From: Terriglobia bacterium
GTDB lineage: Bacteria; Acidobacteriota; Terriglobia; Terriglobales; Acidobacteriaceae
Direction of reading: 5' to 3'
Assembly: GCA_041488515.1 (NCBI GenBank)
Contig: JBGPPK010000018.1
Span: 18,427 to 82,426, forward strand
DNA length: 64,000 bases
The position numbers and the translations under genes were made by a program. This document shows positions 1 through 8,777 of the stretch, in pieces. The notes beneath the pieces were generated by a model, which made no database searches, was not told the DNA's origin, and saw nothing but the letters and a program-made list of their open reading frames with translations. The number at the start of each line of letters is the position of its first letter. Position 1 is the stretch's first letter.

Positions 1-81
1 ATCACCGAAGGCACCCAGGAGTGGGACATTCTGTATCGCAAGTATTACAACGAGGAAGTCAAGAAGTTTACCGGTCAGTAG
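1..81 (+). CDS. C-terminal 26 codons of an upstream gene, product unassignable
   Basis: Frame 1 is open from base 1 to TAG at 79-81 (...EGTQEWDILYRKYYNEEVKKFTGQ*). The gene is truncated by the window edge. Confidence 0.3.
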   Translation: MTEGTQEWDILYRKYYNEEVKKFTGQ

Positions 82-1280
82 CCGGCCAGTCGCCGTTCCT
101 GGGAAGTCATCTGCGCCCATAGCTGGTCCATATTCTTCTGGATCCACATGTTCGCCGGCTGAAGTTCGTGGGCTGAATTAAACCATCGATACGCCATCAC
201 ACGGTCCTGTTTCACACAGAGGCCGCTGGAATAAAGTGCCGCCATCTGGATGGCCGCGCCAGGGTCGTTCTTTTCCGTGGCTGCGCGCAGATAAAGCAGG
301 CCCTGTTCGCAATTCTGCTTCACGCCCTGGCCGCGAATATACTGTTGCGCGCGCAGCAAGGCTGAACTCGGCTTGTAGTCAGGGATGCGGGCATCTTCCG
401 CCGGCTTGCTGTCTGCAGCAGGCTGTGCTTCTTCGTCGTTCGCTGCGTTCTTGCCGGCGGGAATTTCCGCCGCAGCAGCTGCGGGCGTAACGGATGAACT
501 CGCGCTTGCGTTCGCTACGGCCGCAGGCTCTGTTTTCTGGTCCTTCGATTCACTGCCTGGAGCGCCTGCATCGGCCTTTGTTTCCGCATTTGCAGGCTTG
601 GCTGCATCCGCAGAAGGCTGGCCTGTCCCGGCTGCGCCCTGAGGTTGATTGTTTCCCTGGGGGGCTGCCGTGGGAGCCGCTGCCGGCTCTGTTTTCGACG
701 GTGCGGGCTTGGGGTTGGCCTTGAAACTGGAGCGCCACTGCACAAAGACCAACCCGAGGATCGCGGCAAGAATCACAAACAGGACCAGCTTGCGCAAGCC
801 GCCGCGCGAAGGCTCATCCTCCAGCAGATATTCGCCGTTGCCCTCCGGCTGCGAGTTCAACCCCAGAAATGAGGGCCCACTGATGTGAGCGCCATTTTTC
901 GGCTCATCGCGGAAGATCCCTGGTTCACCCTTGCGTGGAGATACGACAGGGACTTCCTCCGCCGGAGCTGGCGGAGCCGCCACTGTTGCTCTTGCTCTGC
1001 CGGCAACATCGGGCGATGGCAACTGCGCATTGGCGATGGCTGCGGCGCGCGGCTCGTCTGCGCCGCTGCGACGTTCCTGCACGCGGCGCTCAATCCTGGT
1101 CCCGCACATCCCGCAAAACTTCAGCCCCGGTTCGTTGAGGTAGCCGCAGCCCGTGCATTGCATGCTGACTCCGCCCGGGCGCGTCCTTCTCTCCGCCTGG
1201 CGCCGTTCCAGCCGCACGCCGCAGGTGCCGCAAAACTTGTATTCCGAGCGGTTCTCAGTACCGCAGAAGGTACAAAGCAT
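75..1280 (-). CDS. Double zinc-ribbon / single-TM / Sel1-repeat protein
   Basis: Two CxxC..CxxC zinc-ribbon units at the N-terminus (CTFCG..CGTCG and CTGCG..CGMCG). One hydrophobic helix (LVLFVILAAILGLVFV) and a Pro/Ala-rich linker follow. The C-terminus has Sel1-like repeats (GLLYLRAATEKNDPGAAIQMAALY..). Confidence 0.8.
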   Translation of the reverse strand: MLCTFCGTENRSEYKFCGTCGVRLERRQAERRTRPGGVSMQCTGCGYLNEPGLKFCGMCGTRIERRVQERRSGADEPRAAAIANAQLPSPDVAGRARATVAAPPAPAEEVPVVSPRKGEPGIFRDEPKNGAHISGPSFLGLNSQPEGNGEYLLEDEPSRGGLRKLVLFVILAAILGLVFVQWRSSFKANPKPAPSKTEPAAAPTAAPQGNNQPQGAAGTGQPSADAAKPANAETKADAGAPGSESKDQKTEPAAVANASASSSVTPAAAAAEIPAGKNAANDEEAQPAADSKPAEDARIPDYKPSSALLRAQQYIRGQGVKQNCEQGLLYLRAATEKNDPGAAIQMAALYSSGLCVKQDRVMAYRWFNSAHELQPANMWIQKNMDQLWAQMTSQERRLAGY

Positions 1281-1548
1281 GAAGCCTTTAACTCCTTTGA
1301 CCCGCCGTCCGGCACACTTCGACCAGAGCAGCAGCTCCGCTATTACTAGGATGACGCTGGCGCCTCATATGCTGCAAGCGCTGCAAGCTGATTTTCTCCT
1401 CAGAGAAGCTGCTTGCCGCGCAACGGGTTGCGGGCCTTAGTCCTGCGTGGACCCTGAATTGGTGCTATTTTTCTGGAGTTTCTTGGCCAAGCCGCCTTCT
1501 TTTCCGGCTCGATGCCTTTCCCGGCCCAATGCGGGATAATAAACAAAG

Positions 1549-2634
1549 ATGGTTTTCGCAGAGGAGTTTGCTCAGGCAGCAAAGCGGGCAGCAACCGGCG
1601 CCGGGTTTGATCTGGCCGGAATCGCGCCCGTCCGTACCAAAGATCTGCCGGAGCTCAATGCCTTCATCGAATGGGTGGATGCCGGGCGCGCGGGTGAAAT
1701 GAAATATCTGGAGTCGCGCACAGAGACCGGCGATCTCCGCCGCGTAGAGGCCACCAACGCAGCACCCTGGGTCCGATCCATGATTGTCTGCGCCTTGAAC
1801 TACAACGCGGACAAGCCCTATTCCATGCAAGCCAAGGATCCGGAACGCGGCTGGATCTCACGCTATGCCTGGGGTAGCAAGGATTATCATGACACGTTGC
1901 TGCCGCGTCTCCGTCAGGTGGAAGCCGCAATCCAACAACTTGCGGCCGAGCGCGGCGTAGCCATCGAAACGCGCAGCTATGTCGATACCGGCCCCATCCT
2001 CGAACGCGTTTACGCCAAACATGCAGGGATCGGTTGGATTGGCAAGAATACCTGCATCATCCATCAGAAGATGGGTTCGTGGCTTTTTCTCGGAGTCATC
2101 CTCACCTCGCTGGACCTTCCCGCAGACAATGCTGCTCCCGACCGCTGTGGAAGTTGCACCCGCTGCATCGACGCATGTCCGACACAGGCCATCGTCGCAC
2201 CGGGCAAGCTCGATGCGCGGCTCTGTATCGCCTACCTCACGATTGAAAAGCGCGGTACAGTCCCGGAAGACCTTCGCCCGGCCATAGGCCATCACATCTT
2301 CGGTTGCGATATCTGCCAGGACGTCTGCCCCTGGAACAACAAAGCCGGCAACGCACCTCCCACTTCCCTGCCTGAATTTCAGCCGCAGGAGCAGCTTTAC
2401 CATCCTGAGCTGCGCTGGCTCGCGCAGATGGATGAACCAACATACCGCCGCGTGTTTCGTGGTTCACCTGTCAAGCGCGCCAAGTATGCCGGACTCAGGC
2501 GGAATGTTGCCATCGCCATGGGCAATAGCGGAAACAAGGAGTTTCTGTCGGCGTTGCAAACGATTGCCGGGGACGCCGATCCGGTCGCCGCCGAGCATGC
2601 TGCCTGGGCCATCAAGAAACTTAACGGCAAGTAG
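1549..2634 (+). CDS. queG: tRNA epoxyqueuosine(34) reductase
   Basis: GWISRYAWGSKDYH and YVDTGPILERVYAKHAGIGWIGKNT blocks. Two 4Fe-4S motifs (CGSCTRCIDACP, CDICQDVCPWN). HEAT-like C-terminus. Confidence 0.9.
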   Translation: MVFAEEFAQAAKRAATGAGFDLAGIAPVRTKDLPELNAFIEWVDAGRAGEMKYLESRTETGDLRRVEATNAAPWVRSMIVCALNYNADKPYSMQAKDPERGWISRYAWGSKDYHDTLLPRLRQVEAAIQQLAAERGVAIETRSYVDTGPILERVYAKHAGIGWIGKNTCIIHQKMGSWLFLGVILTSLDLPADNAAPDRCGSCTRCIDACPTQAIVAPGKLDARLCIAYLTIEKRGTVPEDLRPAIGHHIFGCDICQDVCPWNNKAGNAPPTSLPEFQPQEQLYHPELRWLAQMDEPTYRRVFRGSPVKRAKYAGLRRNVAIAMGNSGNKEFLSALQTIAGDADPVAAEHAAWAIKKLNGK

Positions 2635-2684
2635 CTCTCCAGTAAATCTTTCAATGGCCACATTGTGGTAAGGTTTTCGCAGTC

Positions 2685-3020
2685 ATGCCGCCGCACAAAC
2701 AGCATCCCTGGACACTGCCCCGAGCCCACCCGCGGTATCTGCTGGATCTGCGCCTGGTCGTGAAGGCAAAAGCAACGCTGCTGGGCCGTACCAAGGACAT
2801 TGCCGAGGGCGGAATCGGCGCCACAATACCCGGCAACATCGACATCGGCGAAATTGTTGAGCTTGAATTCCAATTGCCTGAAACCCAGGAGCCCTTGAAG
2901 CTCAAGGCCGAAGTCAGGTATTGCAAAGGGTTTCAATACGGCTTCAAGTTCCTCCATGCAACCGAACAGCAGAGAGAGTTGATCCGCCGCACGACGCACA
3001 CCCTTCGCATGGCCCCATAG
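2685..3020 (+). CDS. PilZ domain protein
   Basis: RxxxR-type start (PRAHPRYLLDLR) followed by a D/NxSxxG-like block (DIAEGGIGATI). Size is right for a stand-alone PilZ. Confidence 0.7.
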   Translation: MPPHKQHPWTLPRAHPRYLLDLRLVVKAKATLLGRTKDIAEGGIGATIPGNIDIGEIVELEFQLPETQEPLKLKAEVRYCKGFQYGFKFLHATEQQRELIRRTTHTLRMAP

Positions 3021-3105
3021 TCACCTCGTGACTCATTGATCGTGTGATCAAGGTCACAGCGCGATGTGAGCTCTGCCCTGAAAATGTAAGTTCATAATCA
3101 CCATT

Positions 3106-3993
3106 ATGAACGCCCATGGCCGAATTGCCGCGACGGTCCCCGGACCAAAGCTCTTGGAGTTTCCCCGCCCATCTCAACCCACGAGCCGCCTGCTCGTTCC
3201 CCGGGAACACGGGTCCTGGGGGATTTGGCTGCTGCCTCTCATTGGCGGCGCTGTGGTGGGGTATGTGTCCAGTCCGCGAGCGGTAGCGGTGCCTGCCTTA
3301 TGGTTTTTGCTGGCCGCGGTCTCCGCGTTTCTCGTCTATCAGCCATTGGAAATCCTGCTGGGACTATCTCTTCTTAGGGCCCGTTCGCAGCGGCAAGAGC
3401 GCATAGCGATCCTTTGGATCATGGCGCTTTGCATCATGGCCGCGTGCAGCGTTCTGGAACTTATCCGCCTGCAGCGAGTTCTGGTGCTGCTTTTCGGACT
3501 GGTGGCTTTGTTATGTTTTGGCCTGCGTACTTTGTTCGGGCGCTCGCGCACCCTGCGCGTGCCCAAGCAGCTCATCGGCGCGCTGGGCCTCAGCTCCACC
3601 GCAGCCGGCGCTTATTATGCGACAACCGGCCGAATCGACCGTGCCGCCATTGTGCTGTGGCTGGCGTCGTGGCTCTTCGCTGTCAGTCAAATCGAATACG
3701 TGCAATTGCGGCTGCGCATGGCGCAAGTCAGGTCCCGCCGGCAAAAGGCTCGGGACAGCCTGGAAGTCTGCTTTCTTCACTTGCTGATGACCGGTGGTGC
3801 CGTCGCTGCCGGACTGGCCGGCGCTGCCCCGCTCTTGCTGGGGCTCGCGTTCATTCCCGCTATGGTGCGGCTTGCAGCCTGGATCGCCCGCCCGTGGCGG
3901 CCGCTCGGCGTTCACATTCTGGGCTTCACTGAACTGTTCCAGGGCATTCTCTTCAACGTCTTGCTTGCCGCTGCATTCCTGGTTCACTTCTAA
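3106..3993 (+). CDS. Polytopic membrane protein (YwiC-like)
   Basis: About 8 hydrophobic helices with an N-terminal REHGSWGIWLLP motif reminiscent of the YwiC family. Clean ORF with no competing frame. Confidence 0.6.
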   Translation: MNAHGRIAATVPGPKLLEFPRPSQPTSRLLVPREHGSWGIWLLPLIGGAVVGYVSSPRAVAVPALWFLLAAVSAFLVYQPLEILLGLSLLRARSQRQERIAILWIMALCIMAACSVLELIRLQRVLVLLFGLVALLCFGLRTLFGRSRTLRVPKQLIGALGLSSTAAGAYYATTGRIDRAAIVLWLASWLFAVSQIEYVQLRLRMAQVRSRRQKARDSLEVCFLHLLMTGGAVAAGLAGAAPLLLGLAFIPAMVRLAAWIARPWRPLGVHILGFTELFQGILFNVLLAAAFLVHF

Positions 3994-4029
3994 ACGGTTC
4001 GCTTCTAGTTGCCGGGCGTAGTCCGTCTA

Positions 4030-5193
4030 TCATGAAAACTGGCTGCGAAATACTGCCTTGATGTGGTCCAGCCTCTTGGACAGCGCATCGGCCTCTTCCT
4101 TCATCCCCAGTTCATTGGCGACGCCGATGGCATCGTAAAAGGCGTCTTTAGCACTGCTGTAAAGACCGGTGGCGCCGAAGCGGCTTTCATACATTTGATC
4201 GTAGTATTTCTCTCCCAGGGCTTTGATCTGGCGTAGACGGTCCAGCTTCAAGTCCCGCTCGCTGCGCCTGGCCGGCGGATCGCTTGGAGCGGCCTTGACC
4301 GGCAGCGCCGTCCACATGACGCGCTTTTCTGTGAGGCGAACCGCACGAAAGGGTTCGGGAACGATCTGCGGCGTCTCAGCCTCCGGGAGCAGAAAAAAAT
4401 CGGGATACAGCGGCGTGCGCAGCAGGGACTTCCAGTCTTCATCGAGAAGCCATGGATCGGCTACGGGAAAAGCGCAGTAGCGCGCGCCAGCTGCTTCATA
4501 AAGGTTCATCAGCACCCGGGCAAGGGCCATGGCAGCTTCGGTGACGCCGGCTTGCTCGGCATAGGCGGTCTCCCGTTCGTGCAGCAGAAGCGCGGCTTCG
4601 CCTCGGCCTTGCAGGCGGAATTCCAGATGAAAGCGCTGATGTCCGGAGAACGCTACGACGCAGCCGTCCCACGCCGGGGCCGTGGTCACCACCAGAGCGC
4701 CCGTGGGGTCCATCATCTTCTCGCCCCACTTCCACCATCGTTCTTCGCGATCGTAGTACAGGCGGGCAACATTCAGGCCGTCGCGCATGAGAAAGCCGCC
4801 ATCCAGCACGGAATTCATCGCTTCTTCGATCAACTTCTCCGCAGGTCCGTCCAGCGCCCAGAACACTGCCGTCCGGTCAAGCATGGAGCGCGAAACCACC
4901 AGTTCCATGCCATCGAACGGCACCTTCGCGGTGAATGCGCCGGAATCTCTGTAGAACTGCACCTCCGCCGTGCCCCCCTTGCCGCCGGTTTCCGGCAGAA
5001 TGCTGACCACGCTGCCCTCAGTGTATCGCGGCAGCGCGCACTCCGGCAGTTCGCGCAAAAGACGCACCATCTCGCCCGGGTAGAACACGTGTGGTTTCTC
5101 CGGCAGAAGGTTACATGGCGCCGATTCCCGCCGCAATCGATTTCTGTTAAAGTGCTCGCGCACAACACCACCATCTGCCCCAGGAGTGCCCAT
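4030..5193 (-). CDS. Hypothetical protein, N-terminal DUF4926-like module; start uncertain
   Basis: The C-terminal ~350 aa of the 531-aa ORF look protein-like. The VFYPGEMVRLLRELPECALPRYTEGSVV stretch resembles DUF4926. Candidate starts are M145 (5193) or M186 (5072). The upstream part of the ORF is the shadow of the divergent gene. Confidence 0.55.
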   Translation of the reverse strand: MGTPGADGGVVREHFNRNRLRRESAPCNLLPEKPHVFYPGEMVRLLRELPECALPRYTEGSVVSILPETGGKGGTAEVQFYRDSGAFTAKVPFDGMELVVSRSMLDRTAVFWALDGPAEKLIEEAMNSVLDGGFLMRDGLNVARLYYDREERWWKWGEKMMDPTGALVVTTAPAWDGCVVAFSGHQRFHLEFRLQGRGEAALLLHERETAYAEQAGVTEAAMALARVLMNLYEAAGARYCAFPVADPWLLDEDWKSLLRTPLYPDFFLLPEAETPQIVPEPFRAVRLTEKRVMWTALPVKAAPSDPPARRSERDLKLDRLRQIKALGEKYYDQMYESRFGATGLYSSAKDAFYDAIGVANELGMKEEADALSKRLDHIKAVFRSQFS

Positions 5194-5628
5194 ATGCCGA
5201 ACGGCGGCCCTGATAATTGCGGAACGTGCGGGTTCAATCGCCGCAACCGCGGCATTTGGCGCAATCCGGCGCCGAACGAAAGCCAAACCTCGTTTTGCGA
5301 GATCCGCGGTGTTTCCATGCTCTCCGACCATTGGACCTACTGCCAGAACTGGCACTCCCGCACCCGCGCCCCCATCGGCCCGATCTATGTTTCCGGCCTT
5401 TATGACCAGGGATACCGCCGCATTCCCTGGCACGGAGTGATTGCGCCGGAGTTTACCCAAGCTGGCGTGTGCAACGAGTGTGGAGCGCAAATCGAAGACG
5501 GAATCTCTATTGCGGCTATTGAAAGTGCGCCGCTCGCTTTCTGCAGCAATCTGCACTACCTGCAATGGTGGAAGCGGCAGCATCCGAATGAAGATGCGCC
5601 CATGAGCAGGGACATCTGGGAGCACTGA
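5194..5628 (+). CDS. Cys-rich hypothetical protein
   Basis: Only the last 144 codons of the 358-aa ORF look coding (MPNGGPDNCGTCGF...CNECG...). The ATG lies in a CATATG palindrome back to back with a possible start of the divergent gene. Confidence 0.55.
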   Translation: MPNGGPDNCGTCGFNRRNRGIWRNPAPNESQTSFCEIRGVSMLSDHWTYCQNWHSRTRAPIGPIYVSGLYDQGYRRIPWHGVIAPEFTQAGVCNECGAQIEDGISIAAIESAPLAFCSNLHYLQWWKRQHPNEDAPMSRDIWEH

Positions 5629-5700
5629 TGCGCACGCATTTCATCCCAATCGCGGGCAAGCGGTTTGCAGCTTCACTGAAAGAACGTTAGATTATTTGCC

Positions 5701-6300
5701 ATGAGAAAACTCATTGCCAGCGTTCTGATGCTCTGTCTTGGTCTTGCCTGCATGAGTGCGATCGCCCAGAACCCCGCGCCGCAACCGTCACCCAAGCCAT
5801 CCACACCGCCCGCCGCGGGTGCGCCTGCCGCCAGCGCAACAGCGCCTGCAGTCTCCGCGCGGCCGGGAGACGTAGATACGGTTGACCACATCATCGCCGC
5901 GGTGTATGACGTGATCTCCGGCCCCGCGGGCCCGCGCGATTGGGACCGTTTCCGCAGTCTTTATTATCCCGGCGCCCGCATGGTCCCCAGCCGCCGCGAT
6001 GACAAAGGAGCCATCACCGCACGTATCTTCAGCCCCGACGAATACGCCACCCGCAGCCAGGATTTCTTTTCCAAGGAAGGCTTTTTTGAAAACCCGGTGG
6101 CCAACCGCGTGGAAGAGTGGGACCACATCGCGCATGTCTGGAGCACGTACGAGTCGCGTCACGCCAAAGGAGAGAAGCCGTTTGCGCGCGGCGTCAACAG
6201 TTTTCAGCTGTTCCATGACGGCAATCGCTGGTGGATTGTGACTGTCTACTGGGAGTCGGAAGACGCTACCCACCCGCTGCCGGATAAATATTTGAAATAA
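5701..6300 (+). CDS. Secreted NTF2/SnoaL-like fold protein
   Basis: Signal peptide MRKLIASVLMLCLGLACMSAIA and a Pro/Ala linker. The C-terminal block ...NSFQLFHDGNRWWIVTVYWESE is typical of NTF2-like domains. Confidence 0.7.
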   Translation: MRKLIASVLMLCLGLACMSAIAQNPAPQPSPKPSTPPAAGAPAASATAPAVSARPGDVDTVDHIIAAVYDVISGPAGPRDWDRFRSLYYPGARMVPSRRDDKGAITARIFSPDEYATRSQDFFSKEGFFENPVANRVEEWDHIAHVWSTYESRHAKGEKPFARGVNSFQLFHDGNRWWIVTVYWESEDATHPLPDKYLK

Positions 6301-6318
6301 ACATCCTCGAAAAATAAA

Positions 6319-6355
6319 AGCCCCGAAGGCTGCGACCTCGGGGCTTATTCTTTTC
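6319..6355. terminator. Bidirectional stem-loop terminator between convergent genes
   Basis: AGCCCCGA..TCGGGGCT stem (6319-6326 / 6338-6345) flanked by an A-run upstream and a T-rich run downstream. Confidence 0.7.
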
Positions 6356-6388
6356 CAGCAAAAACCATGTGCCGGTGCGCAGTGAAAA

Positions 6389-7417
6389 TTACTTTTTTCC
6401 CACCACCAGTAGCGTAAATGTCCCCGGTTTCATTGTGCGGCGCGGGCGCTCGCCCTCTTTTGCCGGCGGCGCCTCCTCGAATTCCGCAGCTACCAGATAA
6501 ACGTCGTGGTCGGTTGTGTCCAGCGCCATGGTGCGCGCCGATCTCTGCGTCTCCGCGTTTTCCAGCACGCTGAATTTGTCCGGCGCATCTTCATGCACCA
6601 CGGTCAGCGTACCGTCGCCATTGGAGCTGAAAGCAAGCTGCCTGTCGGCATCAAAGGCGTTTGCGTCCACGCCCTGGCCGATGGCCGGTGTGGCAACCAC
6701 TTTGCCGGTATCCGCGTCCATCACAGCCATCATCTTGTTGTGGCAGCCGGAAAAGAGCCTGCGGCTCTTGAGGTCCATCGCCAGACCGCTGGGATCTTCG
6801 CACGGGGCAAGCGGCCAGATCTTCACCACCACGGCCTTCTTGGCGTCAATACTGGTCACTTCGCTTTTGTCTTCAATGTTGACAAAGACCATGCCCTTGC
6901 CGTCCGCCACGCCGAATTCAGGCTTCCCATCCAGCGGGATATTGCCCACAACCGTGCCTTTGACGGCATCAATCACCGTGGCGTTCTTGCTGCGTCCATT
7001 GAAGGTGAAGACGCGCTTGCTGGAATCGTCGTAGAGAATCGCATCCGGGTTCTCGGCATCGATCTTGATGCGGGCGGTCTCTTTGAGTGTCTTCAGATCA
7101 AACACCGTGACCGTGTTTTCGCGGCCGTTGCTGGTGAAGCCCTTGCCCAGGTCCTGGGCCAGCGCGATGCCGTGGACTCCCGGAGTATCGGGAATGTCGC
7201 CGAGCACAGATCCTTTATAAGGATCAACCACCATCACGTGTGTTCCACGGGAGATGAACAACCTTTTCCCTGCCGGGTCAAAGGTCAGATAGTCCCAGCC
7301 GCCCTCGCCACCAAGTACATATTTCTGTTTCACCTGATACTGCGCCGGAGAAAACGCCTTTACCGCACCCGCGCACATGCAAACTACCACCAGCAGGACA
7401 ATGGCTTGTTTCCGCAT
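6389..7417 (-). CDS. YncE-like beta-propeller (YVTN repeat) protein, secreted
   Basis: Repeated ...D..g.rlf..n...n.v.viD...-type blades. Signal peptide MRKQAIVLLVVVCMCAGAVKA. The second ATG (7417) has a GAGGTGG Shine-Dalgarno sequence; the ORF track extends to 7447. Confidence 0.8.
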   Translation of the reverse strand: MRKQAIVLLVVVCMCAGAVKAFSPAQYQVKQKYVLGGEGGWDYLTFDPAGKRLFISRGTHVMVVDPYKGSVLGDIPDTPGVHGIALAQDLGKGFTSNGRENTVTVFDLKTLKETARIKIDAENPDAILYDDSSKRVFTFNGRSKNATVIDAVKGTVVGNIPLDGKPEFGVADGKGMVFVNIEDKSEVTSIDAKKAVVVKIWPLAPCEDPSGLAMDLKSRRLFSGCHNKMMAVMDADTGKVVATPAIGQGVDANAFDADRQLAFSSNGDGTLTVVHEDAPDKFSVLENAETQRSARTMALDTTDHDVYLVAAEFEEAPPAKEGERPRRTMKPGTFTLLVVGKK

Positions 7418-7511
7418 CTCGTTCCACCTCTCTTTGTCGCCGATCATTCTAATTGGCCGCTCGCAACGTTGTCGCTTCTATTTTTTCTTTGCGACGGCGG
7501 ACCGCAAAATG

Positions 7512-7820
7512 TCAGTTTAAGGAGGTACGCCCCAGCCACCAACGCCGGAGAGCCACGATCGACCATATGGCTTCAACGGCGCCGAAAGGCCACGCACCCT
7601 GAAGAAAACCATAGACCGACGCCAGCGCGCAGGCCACAGCAAAGGCAAGGATGAACCACGGGCTGCGTTTTTCCAGGGCGTAGCAGATCAACATCGCCGT
7701 AACGGCAAATAACCCGAAAACGGTAAGACTGGTCATTAGAACCGCGATTGTAAAGTAAAAGGCAGGTGGTGCGATCACAGCGCCCATGCGGCCTGCCGAA
7801 CCCAACGCTTCACCGGCCAC
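7512..7820 (-). CDS. Small 3-TM membrane protein
   Basis: Three hydrophobic helices. Co-directional with and 14 bp downstream of the YciI gene. The start may be the internal M at 7787. Confidence 0.6.
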   Translation of the reverse strand: MAGEALGSAGRMGAVIAPPAFYFTIAVLMTSLTVFGLFAVTAMLICYALEKRSPWFILAFAVACALASVYGFLQGAWPFGAVEAIWSIVALRRWWLGRTSLN

Positions 7821-7834
7821 GGTGTATGCAACCT

Positions 7835-8185
7835 TTATGAATTCACCATCACCGGCCTGACTTCAATTGAACCTGCGGTCGCCGATGGTATCCGCGCGGC
7901 AATGGCCATCGCTTCATCCAGGTCCTTGGCCTCCACCAGGAAATAACCGCCCAGCTGCTCTTTGGTTTCGGCAAACGGCCCATCTGTCACCGCTTTCTTG
8001 CCATTGCGCACGCGGACCGTGGTCGCCGTGGAAGTAGGCTGTAGCTCATGCCCGCCCAGGTAATTGCCCGTCTTTTGCAGGTCGCCGATCAGCTCTCTAT
8101 ATTGCAGATAAATTTTCTGCTTCTCCGGTTCACCCAGCGTTTCCCACTGCGCTTCCGGCAAATAGATCAACAAGAGATATTGCAT
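7835..8185 (-). CDS. YciI family protein
   Basis: MQYLLLIY..., DGPFAETKEQLGGYFLVEA.DLDEA and GSIEVRPV motifs. Confidence 0.85.
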   Translation of the reverse strand: MQYLLLIYLPEAQWETLGEPEKQKIYLQYRELIGDLQKTGNYLGGHELQPTSTATTVRVRNGKKAVTDGPFAETKEQLGGYFLVEAKDLDEAMAIAARIPSATAGSIEVRPVMVNS

Positions 8186-8389
8186 TTGAAAGAATCTCCT
8201 TTTTGGTTTCTGCCTGTAAGTCGTGCCAGACAGGCAAAATCGACAAAATGAATCGAGAGAATGGCAATTTTTTTTGCAAGCTTTCCGCTCCCGCCCGTTC
8301 TTTCCACACAGAGTAGCCCCGTTTCCTCCAAGGGAGCGGCCCCACGCTCAAAGCGACGGTCCCACCCCGCGGGATGGTAGCTTGCTGGT

Positions 8390-8740
8390 AAATTTAGAGA
8401 CTGCTGCAAGTTACCATCCTGGGACCGCGCTAACAAACCCTTCAGATTACCTGCCCCTGGCCGACTTCCGCGCCGAGTTCCACGATCTGCGCGACCAGAC
8501 CGGGTACACGGCATGTCTCGACCCAAACAGCTATGCGGCATCTCAGAGCCTGGGCGCCGAACTTTTAAGCCATGGTTCTTCAGGAATCGTTTATCCCAGC
8601 GTCCGGCGGAGCGAAGGGACGTGCATCGCGTGTTTTCGTCCGGTACTCGTCATCAACGTCCGGCGGGATGACACTTATATATTCGTCTTCCCCGATGCAC
8701 AACTCTACGCCCACCATCCGGCGCGCCTGAAGCGTGAGCA
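8390..8740 (+). pseudogene. RES-domain toxin remnant
   Basis: ...DLRDQTGY...SQSLGAELLSHGSSGIVYPSVRRSEGTCIACFRP matches the C-terminal half of RES toxins. There is no convincing start, no upstream Xre/DUF2384 antitoxin gene, and the frame reads on into the convergent gene. Confidence 0.45.
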
Positions 8741-8777
8741 GGGGGAACGTTTTCGCAAAAGATGCTGTGAGATTTTC

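Noticed and set aside
236-1440. Cluster of 60-150-aa ORFs on both strands overlapping the 75-1280 gene
   Set aside because: Their Arg/Pro/Ala-rich, low-complexity translations are typical of off-frame reading in GC-rich DNA. The zinc-ribbon/Sel1 frame explains the region.
4552-5193. 5' two-thirds of the 358-aa plus-strand ORF 4552-5628
   Set aside because: The translation is Arg/His-rich nonsense opposite a well-formed minus-strand protein. Only the portion from the ATG at 5194 looks coding.
6506-7654. 382-aa plus-strand ORF antisense to the YncE-like gene
   Set aside because: Shadow ORF. It has no domain signature and a biased composition, while the opposite strand encodes a clear signal peptide and propeller repeats.
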